From contig CBDHDG010000006.1 of assembly GCA_965261595.1 (NCBI GenBank), positions 1,536,001 through 1,600,000 of the forward strand: a stretch of 64,000 bases of DNA, read 5' to 3'. Below the pieces are notes generated by a model. That model had not been told where the DNA came from and did no database searches. It saw only the letters and a program-made list of their open reading frames with translations. Numbering within the stretch: position 1 is the stretch's first letter; every line of letters starts with the position of its first letter. Positions 1 to 11,671 of this stretch are shown piece after piece. This DNA is from a bacterium (lineage in GTDB: Bacteria; UBA8248; JACPRG01; G963555815). The position numbers were made by a program, and so were the translations under genes.

Positions 1-1281
1 CCGGGGAGCTGGTTCGCGAGTTCGAGTGTTCCGCTTCGGCGATTCGCAACTGGGTACGTCAGGCCGATCGGGACGAAGGCCGTCGTGAGGATGGTCTGAC
101 AAGCGCCGAGCTTGAGGAGCTGCGACGGCTTCGTCGAGAGGTTCGTCAGCTTCGCGAAGAACGCGAGATACTGGCAAAAGCTACGGCTTGGTTCGCTCGG
201 GAGACCGGCTCGGTCCGGGCGAAGTCCTCGAGCTCGTGAAGGCGAATCAGGCCCATCATCGGGTGGCCACGATGTGCCGGGTGCTGGGCGTCTCCCCCAG
301 CGGGTACTACGCGTGGCGAGGCCGTGGGCGTTGTCCTCGTGCGAAGCGCGAGGAGGCGTTGCGTGGCACGATCCGGGCCATCCACGAGGTATCTGGTGGC
401 ACCTACGGGGCGCCTCGGGTCCATGCCGAGCTGATGGCCGGCGGCTGCCGGGTGAGCCGCAAACGGGTGGCTCGTCTGATGTGCGAGGCAGGGTTGGCCG
501 GGGTGAGCCGACGCCGAGGCATGCGCACTACGCGCGTGGACCAGAGCCATTGTGTGGTCCCGGACCGGGTCGAACGCCAGTTCCAGGCCGATGCGCCGGA
601 TCGGCTTTGGGTGGCCGACGTGACCTACGTGCCGACCTGGACGGGGTTCGTGTACCTGGCCATCGTGCTCGACGTGTTCAGCCGCCGGGTGGTGGGATGG
701 TCCATGACCCACCATCTTCGTACCGAACTGGTGCTCGGGGCGCTGAACATGGCGTTGGGACAGCGCCGGCCCGAAGGGGTCGTGCATCATTCCGACCAGG
801 GCTCGCAGTACACCTCGCTCGCCTTTGGCAAACGGTGCCGGGAGATGGGGGTGGTTCCCTCGACCGGGTCGGCCGGGGATTGCTTCGACAACGCCATGGC
901 CGAGAGCTTCTTTGCCACGCTGGAGTGTGAACTCATCGACCGGCGTTCGTTCCATACCCAGGCCCAGGCGCGCATGGCGATCTTCCAATTCATCGAAGGC
1001 TGGTACAACCCACGCCGCCGGCACTCCGCCCTGGGTTACCTCAGCCCCAACGACTTCGAACGCACCGCGGCGAAGGCAACGCCACGTGCGGTGCGCAACG
1101 CTCATCGTCCGGCTCGAGGCGTCCCCGGCGCTTCCCAGAGCGGCGAGCCAAAGGGAAAAACATACCCTCCGGGGGGACCCCATCGATCGGTCTTGGGTAA
1201 GACTGTACGTCCACCGGCTGTCGCTCACCTCAGGGCTGGGGACGACAGCCATAAACTGTCCACGAAAGCGGGGTAAATCCA
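1..1281 (+). mobile_element. IS3-family element (5' end outside the window): orfA to 239, orfB GTG 236..1276
   Basis: orfB has WVADVTY, HHSDQGSQY and DNAMAESFF (DDE). The right end GTCCACGAAAGCGGGGTAAATCCA (ends 1281) is an imperfect inverted match to the left end of the sister copy at 43872. Confidence 0.93.
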
Positions 1282-1474
1282 TCCCAAGAAGACAAGGGAC
1301 AGATCAAGACGATTGGACGATCAATACTCTCTGGGCATGGATGGCCCTATGGGTTGTGTTCCCAACGGCATCATCAGGTCCGTCTACACCGTATACGAAA
1401 CGATCGAGCGGCTCGACCCAGCGCATGATCAGGGAAACTCACAGTGACGCCAAGTACAATTGGCCCACACCTAA

Positions 1475-1750
<276 letters not shown>

Positions 1751-1766
1751 CAGTAGGGAACTCGGC

Positions 1767-2120
1767 ATGCGGTTCAAACTGGACGAGAATCTGCCAGTCG
1801 AACTAGCGGATATGTTTCGCGAGGCCGGGCATGATGCGGTGACTGTGCTCGACCAAGATCTTAGGGGAGCGCGGGATCCTGATCTTGCATCGGCCTGCAT
1901 GCGCGAGGGCCGAGTTATTGTCACGTTCGATACGGATTTTGCGGACATCCGGACGTACCCGCCCGGTGCGTATCCCGGGTTTGTCATATTTCGGCTGGAC
2001 AGCCAAGCGCGCGGCCATGTATTGGAGATCGGAACGCGGTTGCTCAAGATACTGTCCAGCGCCACGATCGACGGTCAGCTCTGGATCGTGGAAGAATCGC
2101 GCGTTCGAGTGCGGCAGTGA
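1767..2120 (+). CDS. DUF5615 PIN-like toxin
   Basis: MRFKLDENLP...GHDAVTV...VIVTFDTDF; directly downstream of DUF433. Confidence 0.88.
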   Translation: MRFKLDENLPVELADMFREAGHDAVTVLDQDLRGARDPDLASACMREGRVIVTFDTDFADIRTYPPGAYPGFVIFRLDSQARGHVLEIGTRLLKILSSATIDGQLWIVEESRVRVRQ

Positions 2121-2121
2121 A

Positions 2122-5100
2122 ATGAAGCGCACGAGTGAGCAGGCATTCGAAACCGTGAACGAGGCGCATTTTCTGGCGAACGGCTATGTCTCCATCGTCG
2201 GAAACGGCTTCGACCGTGAGCGTGCGCTCTTTCCCGACACGATCCTCGCTTTCATCCGGGAGACCCAGCCGAAGGAGTGGGCCAAGCTGGAGTCGCTACA
2301 CGGCGACGGGACCGGTGAGCAGGTGCTCGGCGATCTCTGCAAGTGGATGGACATGCACGGCGCGCTCGCGACGCTCCGGCACGGGTTCAAGTGCTACGGC
2401 CGGACCCTCCGCGCGGCGTATTTCAAGCCGGCGCACGCGCTGAATCCCGAGCTTGAGGCCCGCTACGCCGCCAATCGCCAGGGATTCACCCGCCAACTCC
2501 ACTTCTCGCCGCGCTCCGAACAGTCGATCGACGTTACCCTGAGTCTGAACGGCATTCCGATGGTGACGCTGGAACTGAAGAATCTGCTGACGGGCCAGAC
2601 TGTCGAGGACGCGCGGCGGCAGTACCAGCGTGACCGCGATCCGCGCGAGCCCATCTTCGAGTTCAAGCGCCGCGCGTTGGTTCATTTCGCCGTGGACACC
2701 GAATCCGTTCTCATGACCACACGGCTGGCTGGCAAAGCGACGCATTTCCTGCCTTTCGACAAGGGATTCGAAGGCGCAGCCGGCAACCCGCCCGATCCGG
2801 CTGGCCGGACCTACCGAACGGCGTATCTGTGGGAAGAGGTCCTGCAGCGTGACAGCCTTCTCGACCTTCTCGCCCGCTTCATCCACTTGCAGATCGACGA
2901 GAAGTGCGACGATCAGGGCCGCAAAGTCAAGACGGAGACCATGATCTTCCCCCGTTACCATCAGCTTGAGGCAGTGCGGATGCTGGTGGACGCTGCGCGC
3001 AGCGACGGCGTGGGGCACAACTACCTCGTCGAGCATTCCGCCGGCAGCGGGAAGAGCAACACCATCGGATGGCTTGCCCATCGGCTTGCGTCCCTGCACG
3101 ATGCCGCCAACGAGCGCGTCTTCGACAGCGTGATCGTGGTCACCGACCGCGTCGTGCTCGATCAACAGCTCCAGGACACGATCTACCAGTTCGAGCACAA
3201 GCGCGGCGTCGTTCAGCGTATCGATCAAAGCTCGCGTCAGCTCGCCGAAGCGCTCGAGAATGCGGTGCCGGTGATCATCACGACGCTGCAGAAATTTCCC
3301 TTCGTCTCGCGCCATTTGCTCAAGTTGGCCGAGGAACGCGGGACGACCGGCACGGGAACGCTCACCACCCGCCGTTGCGCCGTCGTAGTCGACGAGGCCC
3401 ATAGCTCTCAGGGCGGCGAGACGGCAACGGATCTCAAGGAAGTGTTAGGCGGCGAGGAGCTTCACGAAGAAGCCAAGAGGCGCGCGGCCGAGGAAGGCCG
3501 GGAAGACATGGAAAAACTGTTCCGCAGCATGGCCAAGCGCGGCAAGCAGGCGAACCTGAGTTTCTTTGCCTTCACCGCCACCCCCAAGCACAAGACGCTC
3601 GCCGTGTTCGGCCGCGATGGGCGACCCGCGCACCGTTACACCATGCGGCAGGCGATCGAGGAGGAGTTCATTCTCGACGTGCTGAAGCACTACACCACGT
3701 ACGAGACGTACTTCAAGCTGCTCAAGGCGTGCGAGGACGATCCCAACGTCGAGCGCAAGAAGGCCGCACGGGCGCTGGCGCGGTTCATGAGTCTGCATCC
3801 GCACAACATCGCGCAGAAAACCGAGGTGATGGTCGAGCACTTCCAGGCCGTCACGCGGCACAAGATTGGCGGTCGGGCCAAGGCGATGGTCGTGACAGGA
3901 TCGCGCCTCGAAGCGGTTCGCTACAAGCAGAGCTTTGATCGCTACATTCAGGAGAAGGGCTACGCCATCAAGTCGCTGGTTGCCTTCTCGGGGAAGGTGC
4001 AGGACGACGAGATCGCGAACGTGACCTACACCGAGCCGGGCATGAACCAGGGCATCTCCGAGAAAGAGCTACCTGAGAAGTTCGCGACGCAGGAGTATCA
4101 AGTCCTGCTCGTCGCGGAGAAATACCAGACCGGATTCGACCAGCCGCTTCTCCACACGATGTACGTGGACAAACGGCTGGCGGGCATCCAGGCCGTGCAG
4201 GCGCTCTCGCGGCTGAACCGTGTGCATCCACGCAAGGAAGATACGTTCGTTCTCGACTTCGTCAACGACCGCGAGGAGATCCAGGAAGCCTTTAAGGCGT
4301 ACTACGAAGGCGCGAAGATGGGCGAGGAAGTAGACCCTGCACGCATGTACGCGATCAAGGCCGAGGTGGATGCGTCGGGTGTCTATCTCGATGAGGAGGT
4401 CGATCGGTTCTGCGCCGTTTACTTCAAGCCGAAGCGAAAGCAGAGCCCGTTGGACCACCAAACCATGAATGCCGCGCTCGATCCGGCGGTGTCACGCTTC
4501 ACCACCCGCCGTGACGACGATGAAGAAGAGGCGGAAGACTGGCGCGGCAAGGTTCGGGCATTCCTGAACTTGTACAGCTTCCTGAGCCAGGTGATTCCCT
4601 ACCAGGACTCCGACCTGGAGCGACTGTACGTGTTCTTACGCCATCTCGCGGCGAAATTGCCGCGTCGGAAGAGCGGACCTGCGTACCGCTTCGATGACGA
4701 CGTGCAGCTTGAGTACTACCGCCTGCAGAAGATCAGCGAAGGCTCCATTTCGCTCGAAGAGGGCGAGGTGCGGCCGCTCGATGGGCCAACGGAGGTCGGG
4801 ACCGGATTGGCGCGCCCGCAACCCATGCCGCTGTCGCAGCTTATCGACATCGTGAACGAGCGCTTCGGCACGGACTTCAATCAGGCCAATCAACTCTTCT
4901 TCGACCAGGTCGTTGAAGCGGCAATGGCCGACGACGGGGTACGACAGGCGGCAACGGTCAATCCCGGCGACAAGTTTAAGTTGGTGTTCAGGGGTTTGCT
5001 TGAGAATCTGTTCGCCGAACGCATGGATCAGAACGAAGACATCTTCGTGCGCTTCATGAACGACGAGCCATTTCGGAACGTGGTGACGGAATGGATGTCT

Positions 5101-5205
5101 TCGGAAGCATATCGGCGGCTGAGGGCTGAAGGTAGCAACAGGGGTTGTTCCGAATCGGACCTGCCTGAGGATCGTCGAACCCAAGCCGGTGGAACGGTAC
5201 GTTAA
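2122..5205 (+). CDS. hsdR: Type I restriction endonuclease subunit R
   Basis: PD-(D/E)xK-like [18 protein letters not shown], Walker [21 protein letters not shown] and [12 protein letters not shown] at 2122 follows the PIN stop. Confidence 0.9.
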   Translation: MKRTSEQAFETVNEAHFLANGYVSIVGNGFDRERALFPDTILAFIRETQPKEWAKLESLHGDGTGEQVLGDLCKWMDMHGALATLRHGFKCYGRTLRAAYFKPAHALNPELEARYAANRQGFTRQLHFSPRSEQSIDVTLSLNGIPMVTLELKNLLTGQTVEDARRQYQRDRDPREPIFEFKRRALVHFAVDTESVLMTTRLAGKATHFLPFDKGFEGAAGNPPDPAGRTYRTAYLWEEVLQRDSLLDLLARFIHLQIDEKCDDQGRKVKTETMIFPRYHQLEAVRMLVDAARSDGVGHNYLVEHSAGSGKSNTIGWLAHRLASLHDAANERVFDSVIVVTDRVVLDQQLQDTIYQFEHKRGVVQRIDQSSRQLAEALENAVPVIITTLQKFPFVSRHLLKLAEERGTTGTGTLTTRRCAVVVDEAHSSQGGETATDLKEVLGGEELHEEAKRRAAEEGREDMEKLFRSMAKRGKQANLSFFAFTATPKHKTLAVFGRDGRPAHRYTMRQAIEEEFILDVLKHYTTYETYFKLLKACEDDPNVERKKAARALARFMSLHPHNIAQKTEVMVEHFQAVTRHKIGGRAKAMVVTGSRLEAVRYKQSFDRYIQEKGYAIKSLVAFSGKVQDDEIANVTYTEPGMNQGISEKELPEKFATQEYQVLLVAEKYQTGFDQPLLHTMYVDKRLAGIQAVQALSRLNRVHPRKEDTFVLDFVNDREEIQEAFKAYYEGAKMGEEVDPARMYAIKAEVDASGVYLDEEVDRFCAVYFKPKRKQSPLDHQTMNAALDPAVSRFTTRRDDDEEEAEDWRGKVRAFLNLYSFLSQVIPYQDSDLERLYVFLRHLAAKLPRRKSGPAYRFDDDVQLEYYRLQKISEGSISLEEGEVRPLDGPTEVGTGLARPQPMPLSQLIDIVNERFGTDFNQANQLFFDQVVEAAMADDGVRQAATVNPGDKFKLVFRGLLENLFAERMDQNEDIFVRFMNDEPFRNVVTEWMSSEAYRRLRAEGSNRGCSESDLPEDRRTQAGGTVR

Positions 5206-5656
5206 CTGCGTCCCTCTGGTCCCTCTCAGTGCCGTAGCTGACGCTTCCAGCGACATCCAGCACATCGACGACGATGATTTTGAGTGGGTGGCGGCAGAGT
5301 CCAGATATCGCCTCCGCCGAGGCATGTTCGTCGCCCAGGTGATTGGCAAGTCGATGATGGAATCGGCCATCCCCGACGGTGCGTACTGCCTTTTTCGAGC
5401 GCCGGTGGAGGGCACGCGCCAGGGCAAGACCGTGCTCGTCCAGATGCGAGACGATACTGACCCCGAAAGCGGCCAGCGTTACACGGTCAAGCGCTACCAG
5501 AGTGAGAAGGTGGCCGATGGAGACTCGTGGCGCCACTCGAAGATAACGCTGAACCCGTTCAATCCAGACTTCCAGCCGATCGTCCTGACCGGTGCGGACG
5601 AGGACCAGTTTCAGGTTATTGCCGAGGTCGTTGAGGTACTTGGGGACAGCAAGTGA
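5165..5656 (+). CDS. S24/LexA-type peptidase domain, probably the frameshifted C-terminus of HsdR
   Basis: VIGKSMM (Ser), YTVKRY (Lys) and [11 protein letters not shown]. No HTH domain. The frame is open from 5123 and overlaps the end of hsdR. Confidence 0.75.
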   Translation: MRIVEPKPVERYVNCVPLVPLSAVADASSDIQHIDDDDFEWVAAESRYRLRRGMFVAQVIGKSMMESAIPDGAYCLFRAPVEGTRQGKTVLVQMRDDTDPESGQRYTVKRYQSEKVADGDSWRHSKITLNPFNPDFQPIVLTGADEDQFQVIAEVVEVLGDSK

Positions 5657-5829
5657 TCTCCGAGGCCTGCGAATCTGATCTTGTCGTCGCCCCAACGAGC
5701 GGTGGCCCCGTCCGCCCTAAGATGAACGGTGTCCAAAACGACGATCTGAACAATACCTACTGCCGAACACCGCATCAGAACCGAGAAAGTATCACATCGC
5801 ACGCCGCAACGTGGAGATTACCCCGAAGC

Positions 5830-5996
5830 TTCGCGACGCGACAGTCGATCCGATTGGCGGGAGCCTTGAAGAGATCGTTGGCGAGGTGGGCATAGCGAAC
5901 CGTCGTCTGCATCTTCGAATCGATCCCCGCTTCGGCGAACCGCTTAATGTATCGGATCGACGGATACTGCACGCCACGATCGCTATGATAGACCAA
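5830..5996 (-). pseudogene. Chimeric relic: IS3 integrase fragment joined to a tyrosine-integrase C-terminus
   Basis: YHSDRGVQYPSIRYIKRFAEAGI (IS3) is followed by QTTVRYAHLAND (catalytic Tyr region of tyrosine recombinases). Confidence 0.65.
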
Positions 5997-6134
5997 GTCT
6001 CCGGCGCCACGGTGGTCGTATAACTGACATCCGCCACCGTAGAGCTTGTTCGGACATCTACGGACAGGATTTTCGTCGTAAGTCGCCTACGCAAATTTAA
6101 ATCTCGAGTTGACGCGAGCTCCAATCGACGACCA

Positions 6135-6650
6135 TTCAGTGTGACGAGATATGGTCGTACATCTACGCCAAGACGAAGAACGTCAAAACCGCCAAGTCTC
6201 CCCCGTACTACGCCGGCGATTCGTGGACCTAGTTGGCGCTCGATGCGGACAGCCGGTTGGTCATCTCGTACTTGGTCGGCACCAGGGAGGTCTCCTGCGG
6301 GGTGGAGTTCACAACCGAAAACCCTCAACCAACGTGGACCTAAACCAGGGGGAAGGTCCAAGGACCTGGCGACGCGCCTAGCGCAGCGGGTCCAACTGAC
6401 CACGGACGGATACATTGCTTATCCCGAGGCGGTGTACGCCGCCTTCGGGAAGGAAGTGGACTTCGGGGTGTTGGTGAAGGAGTTCGAGAAGGGGGACCCC
6501 CACTACTTCCAGAACGTGGGGTACGGCCTCCCGGACCCCCCAAGGTTTCGACGTCATACGCCGAGCGGCAGAATTTCTCAATGAGGACGAGGATGCGCCA
6601 CTTCACCCGGAAGACGAACGGGTATTCGAAGAGCCTGACCCACCATGCCT
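6135..6650 (+). pseudogene. IS1-family transposase fragment
   Basis: QCDEIWSY, ALDADSRLVISYLVG, VQLTTDG and TSYAERQNFSMRTRMRHFTRKTNGYSK are spread across frames with stops. Confidence 0.75.
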
Positions 6651-6815
6651 CAAGGAGGCCACGCAGGTGGAATTCAAATTGGCGGCTTGAAAGGGGTAGC
6701 TGAAAGTGGTTGACACAACATGGCACAACCTCCAATTATTCCGGGTGGAACGTCGGAGGTCCTGCGAGGCTTCCCGGAAGGGAGATAGAATTGCAGTCCA
6801 TCGACCAGAAGCGGA

Positions 6816-7220
6816 ATGGGTGAAGAAAGGAGATTCACAATGGGCTTGTCAGTAGATTCAGCTATACGAATGGTCGTAGAGATCAACAGAAATGAAATAG
6901 AGAGGCGCTTTCGGAATGCTACAATGCTCCGTCGAAATTTCGAAAGAATTGCGGCTGAGCAGGAAAGTTTCACCAATCAAGTTTCGAGGGCTTTGGCTGA
7001 ACGGGAAAGACTCATCAATCAAGTTTCGAGCAGTATTGCGGCTGATGGGGAAAAGCTCAGGAAGCTGGCATTGTGTGTCAACTGGCAACCTGCTCTTCTC
7101 TTCACTTCATCCCCCACTCGAGCCAAAAAACTGCAGGAACCTCAAAAGATAAACAGAAACACTGCCGATCCGGTTCTTCATTTCATCCTGAATCCGGTCC
7201 GGAAGTTCCTGGCTGGTTGA
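6816..7220 (+). CDS. Hypothetical helical protein, AT-richer than its surroundings
   Basis: 134-aa ORF with an internal NQVS/IAA repeat; ends just before the RBS of the next gene. Confidence 0.45.
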   Translation: MGEERRFTMGLSVDSAIRMVVEINRNEIERRFRNATMLRRNFERIAAEQESFTNQVSRALAERERLINQVSSSIAADGEKLRKLALCVNWQPALLFTSSPTRAKKLQEPQKINRNTADPVLHFILNPVRKFLAG

Positions 7221-7234
7221 AAAAGGAGAAGAAA

Positions 7235-7777
7235 TTGGAATACGTTCAGTTTTCACGTCCGATTACTACCCCAGGCGCGCAAGATCTTTTAGGGAAAATT
7301 GTGGAACTCAACAAGGTGAAAGGAGAGGAGAATTTCACGGTACTGATGAGCAGTCCAGGAGGGCAGGTGGCAACGGGGATAGAATGCTACCAAACCCTAA
7401 AGGCCCTACCTTTCAATATCACGATGCACAACACCAGCCAAGTTGATTCAGTCGCTAATATAATGTTTTTGGCCGCCGACAGACGGCTGGCTTGTGAATC
7501 CAGCACCTTTCTTTTCCACGGTGTTGGGATCGATTTTAATACGCCTACCAGGCTTGAAGAGAGAGCCGCTAAGGAAACGCTTGAAAGTCTTAGGCGAGAC
7601 AACTCCAATTTGGCTAATATCATCGCCGCTCGCACGAAGCTGAAGCCCGATATGGTTTCTAGGCTTTTTAGAGAACAACATGTTCATGACTCCGAATGGG
7701 CATTGGAAAATGGTCTAATTAACGGAATAGAGGACCCGAAAATTCAATCTGGAAGTGAAATACATCAACTCTTGTGA
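7235..7777 (+). CDS. ClpP/crotonase-like serine protease
   Basis: MSSPGGQV, QVDSVANIMFLA (Ser) and FLFHGV (His). AAGGAG RBS precedes TTG 7235. Confidence 0.8.
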   Translation: MEYVQFSRPITTPGAQDLLGKIVELNKVKGEENFTVLMSSPGGQVATGIECYQTLKALPFNITMHNTSQVDSVANIMFLAADRRLACESSTFLFHGVGIDFNTPTRLEERAAKETLESLRRDNSNLANIIAARTKLKPDMVSRLFREQHVHDSEWALENGLINGIEDPKIQSGSEIHQLL

Positions 7778-7831
7778 TTGCTTTTTTGCTCCCTCCCCCC
7801 TCCAATTTCAAAATCAGTCAATACCCGCACA

Positions 7832-9100
7832 TCACCCCGTTGGCCGGAACTCCCGCGCCGCCGGTATTCCCGCCTGTATCAGTTCGTCGATGCGGTCGTC
7901 GATCCGCTGGGTGCTCTCGCGCAGCTGCTCCATGGTCCAGTCGGCGGCATAGCCCTCGGTCACGTCCGAGGGCCGTGCATGATTGACCAGCCGCTTCGTC
8001 AAACTGTTCGGCAGCATCAGCTCGCGGTCGGCCACCGTGATGAAACAGTTGCGGAAGGCATGGAACCAGAACCTAGCGCCGCCCGCCTCGCCGATCCGGG
8101 CATTGAGGTGCTGCATACTATTGAGCCTGCCCGACCTGCTCGTCTCAGACGGGAACACCCAGGACCTGGTGTGCTCGGGGAAGCGTTCGCGCTCGGACAG
8201 CCGGCGTTCGAGGATGGCGGCGAGTTGGCGGGTGACGGGCAGTTCCAGCGGCTCGCTGGTTTTGGTCTCCTCGACACGCAAGGTCATGGCCTCCAGGTTC
8301 ACCTGCTCCCATCGCAGGCCGAGCACCTCGTCGCGGCGCATGCCGGTGTAGAGGCCGAAGCGGAAGGCGTCGCGGCCCACGGGGTTGCGCACCGCCGTCT
8401 CGATGCCCTTGTGCCAGCGGGGCAGGACCTCGGCCGGGGGCGGGATACTGCGCCGGCGCACTCGGTTGGGTCGCCCGCCGGCGGCGCGCCACTGGTCCAC
8501 GGGGTTGTGCAGCCCCTCGAAGTCGATGCACTGGCGCCGGTAGAGAGCCCGCAGCATCTTGACCGCATTGTTGGCCTGGACCCATCCAGCCTCGCGGGTG
8601 AGGCGGTTGAAGCACTGCTCGACCTCCTTGCGGGAGATGGTGTCGAGGGGACGGTCGAGCCACGTACCGAGGTCGCGGTAGACGGTGTTGCGGTAGCAGT
8701 CGAGGGTGCTCTTCCTGCGCTCGGGACCGACGGCGAGATAGTCCTCGAAGGCCTCGCGCAGGGTGGGCATGGCGCGGGAGCGGGCGCGGTCTCCGGCCGG
8801 GTCCTCGCCGGCGGCGACGCGTCCGAGGATCTCCTGCGCGTTCCGCCTTGCCTGTTCGGGGGTGATGCGTCCATGCCGTCCGACGACGATGCGCCGGTTG
8901 GCGGCCTTTCGTCCGCCGTCTCCGGCGCGGTAGTTTACAATGTAGGATCTGGTTCCGGAGGGCTGGACCCGGACGCCGAAGCCCGTCAGCTTGTCGTCCC
9001 ACGCGATCCATGGCTTGTCGGCGGGCTTGAGGGCGTCGACCGCGCGTTTGCTGAGGGTGAGCTTGACGTTTGCGGTTCGCTTGGCGGACTGTGTTGACAT
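7832..9100 (-). CDS. Tyrosine integrase with arm-DNA-binding N-terminal domain
   Basis: AWDDKLTGFGVRV (arm domain), YTGMRRDE, ETKT, FHAFRNCF, LVNH and TEGY. Confidence 0.93.
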   Translation of the reverse strand: MSTQSAKRTANVKLTLSKRAVDALKPADKPWIAWDDKLTGFGVRVQPSGTRSYIVNYRAGDGGRKAANRRIVVGRHGRITPEQARRNAQEILGRVAAGEDPAGDRARSRAMPTLREAFEDYLAVGPERRKSTLDCYRNTVYRDLGTWLDRPLDTISRKEVEQCFNRLTREAGWVQANNAVKMLRALYRRQCIDFEGLHNPVDQWRAAGGRPNRVRRRSIPPPAEVLPRWHKGIETAVRNPVGRDAFRFGLYTGMRRDEVLGLRWEQVNLEAMTLRVEETKTSEPLELPVTRQLAAILERRLSERERFPEHTRSWVFPSETSRSGRLNSMQHLNARIGEAGGARFWFHAFRNCFITVADRELMLPNSLTKRLVNHARPSDVTEGYAADWTMEQLRESTQRIDDRIDELIQAGIPAAREFRPTG

Positions 9101-9297
9101 AATGATTTTCTCCCTGAAATGGCCTGAGAGTCATCATATCAATCAACACCAAAAAGTCAATACCAGCGTATATCTTCACGCCCGTGTCGCGGATGATTTT
9201 GACATGATCCGTATAATATTCTGAATTATATGTACCAATGACGTTCCTATCGCGTGCCCACGCAGCCGTGCGCAGTATTGCCATTTAAACATTCGGA

Positions 9298-9711
9298 CTC
9301 AATCGCGCTGAAGTGATCGGCCGCCTCGGCGCCGACGTCACCGTCAACCACCTCACCAGCGGCGGACGCGTCGCGAACCTGTCGATCGCCACCGACGAGG
9401 GCTACATCGACAAGCAGACCGGAGACCGGGTCGACAAGACCGAGTGGCACCGGGTCGTGACCTTCCAGCCCGGGCTGGTGGACATGTTCGAGAAGCACGC
9501 GACGAAGGGCCGGCTGGTCTATGTGGCGGGCAAGCTGCAGACCCGTCGCTGGAAGAAGGACGACGAGGACTCCGACCGGTTCTCGACCGAGATCCTGCTG
9601 GTTCCGGGCGGGCGCGTGCAGTTCCTCGACAAGCCCAACGGCAACGGCGCGCCGGTGTCGGATCCGGAGACGCCGTCCGCCGAAGCGCCCATGGACGACA
9701 TCCCGTTCTGA
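9298..9711 (+). CDS. ssb: Single-stranded DNA-binding protein (ATG start appears lost; GTG at 9313)
   Basis: LNRAEVIGRLG, TEWHRVV, GKLQTRRW and the acidic tail DDIPF. Confidence 0.88.
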   Translation, partial: LNRAEVIGRLGADVTVNHLTSGGRVANLSIATDEGYIDKQTGDRVDKTEWHRVVTFQPGLVDMFEKHATKGRLVYVAGKLQTRRWKKDDEDSDRFSTEILLVPGGRVQFLDKPNGNGAPVSDPETPSAEAPMDDIPF

Positions 9712-9905
9712 GCGCGCATTCCGTTTCCTCCCTCTACCTGGGCCGGCGCTTCGCGCGTCGGCCCTTTTTCTTGCTGCCCGTTCCGAGACAGCGCCCGTTC
9801 GCGCCTCGCGCCAGCGCTGCGCGCGGCGCTTCGTCCTCCGGCGCCGGCCGGAGGCGGAGACCGGCCGGTATCGGGCGTTCCCCGTTCATCCAGAGGAGGC
9901 CCGTC

Positions 9906-10937
9906 ATGCCGCCCCCATCGTCCCGTTCCGCATCTCCCGCCGCCGACATCGCCGCCGCGCTCGGCGCGTGCGCCGAGGCCGTCTGCCGGCGTTACCTGCC
10001 CCAGGGCAAAAAGCAAGGCCGGTACTGGGTCGCCGGCGATCTCGAAGGCGCTCGCGGCCGCTCGCTCTTCGTCCGCCTGCACGGTCCCGGCGTCCCCGGG
10101 AAGTGGACCGACGCGGCCACCGGAGAGCACGGCGACCTGCTCGATCTCGTCCGGCATCGCTCGGGCGCGCCGACGCTTCGCGCGGCGCTCGCCGAGGCCC
10201 GCGCCTTCCTCGCCCTGCCGGCTCCGCCGGCGTCGGGCGGGAGCTACGACGCAACAGAAGCGGCCCGCCGCCTCTGGCGGCGTTGCCGCGCCATCGACGG
10301 CACCCATGCCGAAGCCTACCTCCACGCCCGCGGACTCGCGCGCTGCCGGTTCCCGGCATTGCGCTTCCATCCCGAGCTTCGCTATCGCGAAGGCTCTTCC
10401 CTGCGCCGTTTTCCGGCGCTGGTCGCCGCCGTGACCGGCGACGACGGCGCCATCCACGGCGTGCAGCGCACCTGGCTCGATTCGCGCTTGCCCGCCAAGG
10501 CGGACGTCGCGGCCCCGCGCAAGGCGCTCGGCCGCATCCACGGACGCGCCGTGTGCTTCGGCAGGCCCGCCGACGGCGCTTCGCTGCTCGTCGGCGAAGG
10601 CATCGAGACGGTGCTGTCGATCGTCACCGCGGCGCCCGGGGTCATTTCGGCGGCCGCGCTCTCGGCCGGAAGCCTCGGCGCCTTCGTGCCGCCTGCCGGG
10701 CTCAAACAGCTCGTCATCGCCCGGGACAACGATTCCGAGGGGGAGCGGGCCGCCCAACGCCTCGCCCGGCGCTGCGCGCGGGCGGGCGTCGCCGCCCACG
10801 TCATCGTCTCCGAATACGGCGACTTCAACGACGACCTCGTTACTCTCGGACCCCGGGCCCTGGCCCTTCGGCTCGCCGCCCTGTTCCCCGCGCCGCAGCG
10901 GGTCGGAGAGAGGGAGGGAAGAGCGGGGGAGGGATGA
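9906..10937 (+). CDS. Toprim-domain DNA primase of mobile elements
   Basis: GKWTDAATGEHGDLLD, GVQRTWL, VGEGIET, IARDND and GDFNDDL. GAGGAGG RBS upstream. Confidence 0.87.
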   Translation: MPPPSSRSASPAADIAAALGACAEAVCRRYLPQGKKQGRYWVAGDLEGARGRSLFVRLHGPGVPGKWTDAATGEHGDLLDLVRHRSGAPTLRAALAEARAFLALPAPPASGGSYDATEAARRLWRRCRAIDGTHAEAYLHARGLARCRFPALRFHPELRYREGSSLRRFPALVAAVTGDDGAIHGVQRTWLDSRLPAKADVAAPRKALGRIHGRAVCFGRPADGASLLVGEGIETVLSIVTAAPGVISAAALSAGSLGAFVPPAGLKQLVIARDNDSEGERAAQRLARRCARAGVAAHVIVSEYGDFNDDLVTLGPRALALRLAALFPAPQRVGEREGRAGEG

Positions 10938-11484
10938 ACGGATCCAAAGGAGAAAGAGAGCATGGCGCACATCGTCAATCTCAGGCATGCGCCAGCCCTG
11001 CGGGCGGCGCTCGCGGCCCTTCACGGCAAGCCGCTGGCCTTCTGATGCGCGCCGCTGCCCTGCCATGGGCAGGTCCTCGCCCGCGCCGCGCGGCATGGGC
11101 GGCCTCCGTTCTGGCGGAACGGAGGGGAGAGTGAAGCGCGAGAGGGGCGAACGCCGCGAGGAGGGAGAGAGAGGGCCCCGGGCATCGGCAACACGGAAGG
11201 AGAACCGAAATGCAATCCGTTACCTTCAGGAGCATCGCCCGTACGAGTCGAGGGTCTACCACCATGGCAATCTCGCCGGCGAGGTTGCGGAGCCACTCGT
11301 CGATACGCGTCCGTTGCGGTGACGGGCCATGCCGTCTTCGGGCGATCCCTTCGGGCCGGGCTCTCCGCTGCAATCTCCGCTCCGCTCCGATTTTCGCTTC
11401 TATCCCTATCGCCTCCGCTCGCTGGCGCTCGCTGCGCGCTCCTGTACCTCTTATAAGTGACTCTGCGCTTCAATAGCACGGAAT

Positions 11485-11636
11485 TGGGCAGGCCGCCGGG
11501 AGCAACCCTTGCGCGCTCAGTGCCATCAGCACCTCAAGCGGACAGGTGCCCCGGCGGTCCTGCCACGACGGATGCCCCGTGAGGAGTTAGCGCCTTGAGC
11601 GCCAAGTACAGGAGTCGGCAGGCGTCGTGGCAGGCC
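11485..11636 (+). ncRNA. IS110 bridge RNA (target-binding and donor-binding loops)
   Basis: Two stem-loops with internal loops carry TGCGCGCTC/CAAGCGGA (target) and GTGAGGAGT/GTACAGGA (donor). Transcript ends are not determined. Confidence 0.87.
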
Positions 11637-11671
11637 CAGCCACCATCGCACAGATTAGGGAGGGAGACGAA

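Noticed and set aside
7785..7806. tRNA 3' end as att site (CCCTCCCCCCTCCA) next to the integrase
   Set aside because: No T-arm and no second copy seen; low complexity.
11210..11476. 88-aa ORF after the primase
   Set aside because: It has an RBS but appears to shift frame early and runs through repeats into the IS110 end.
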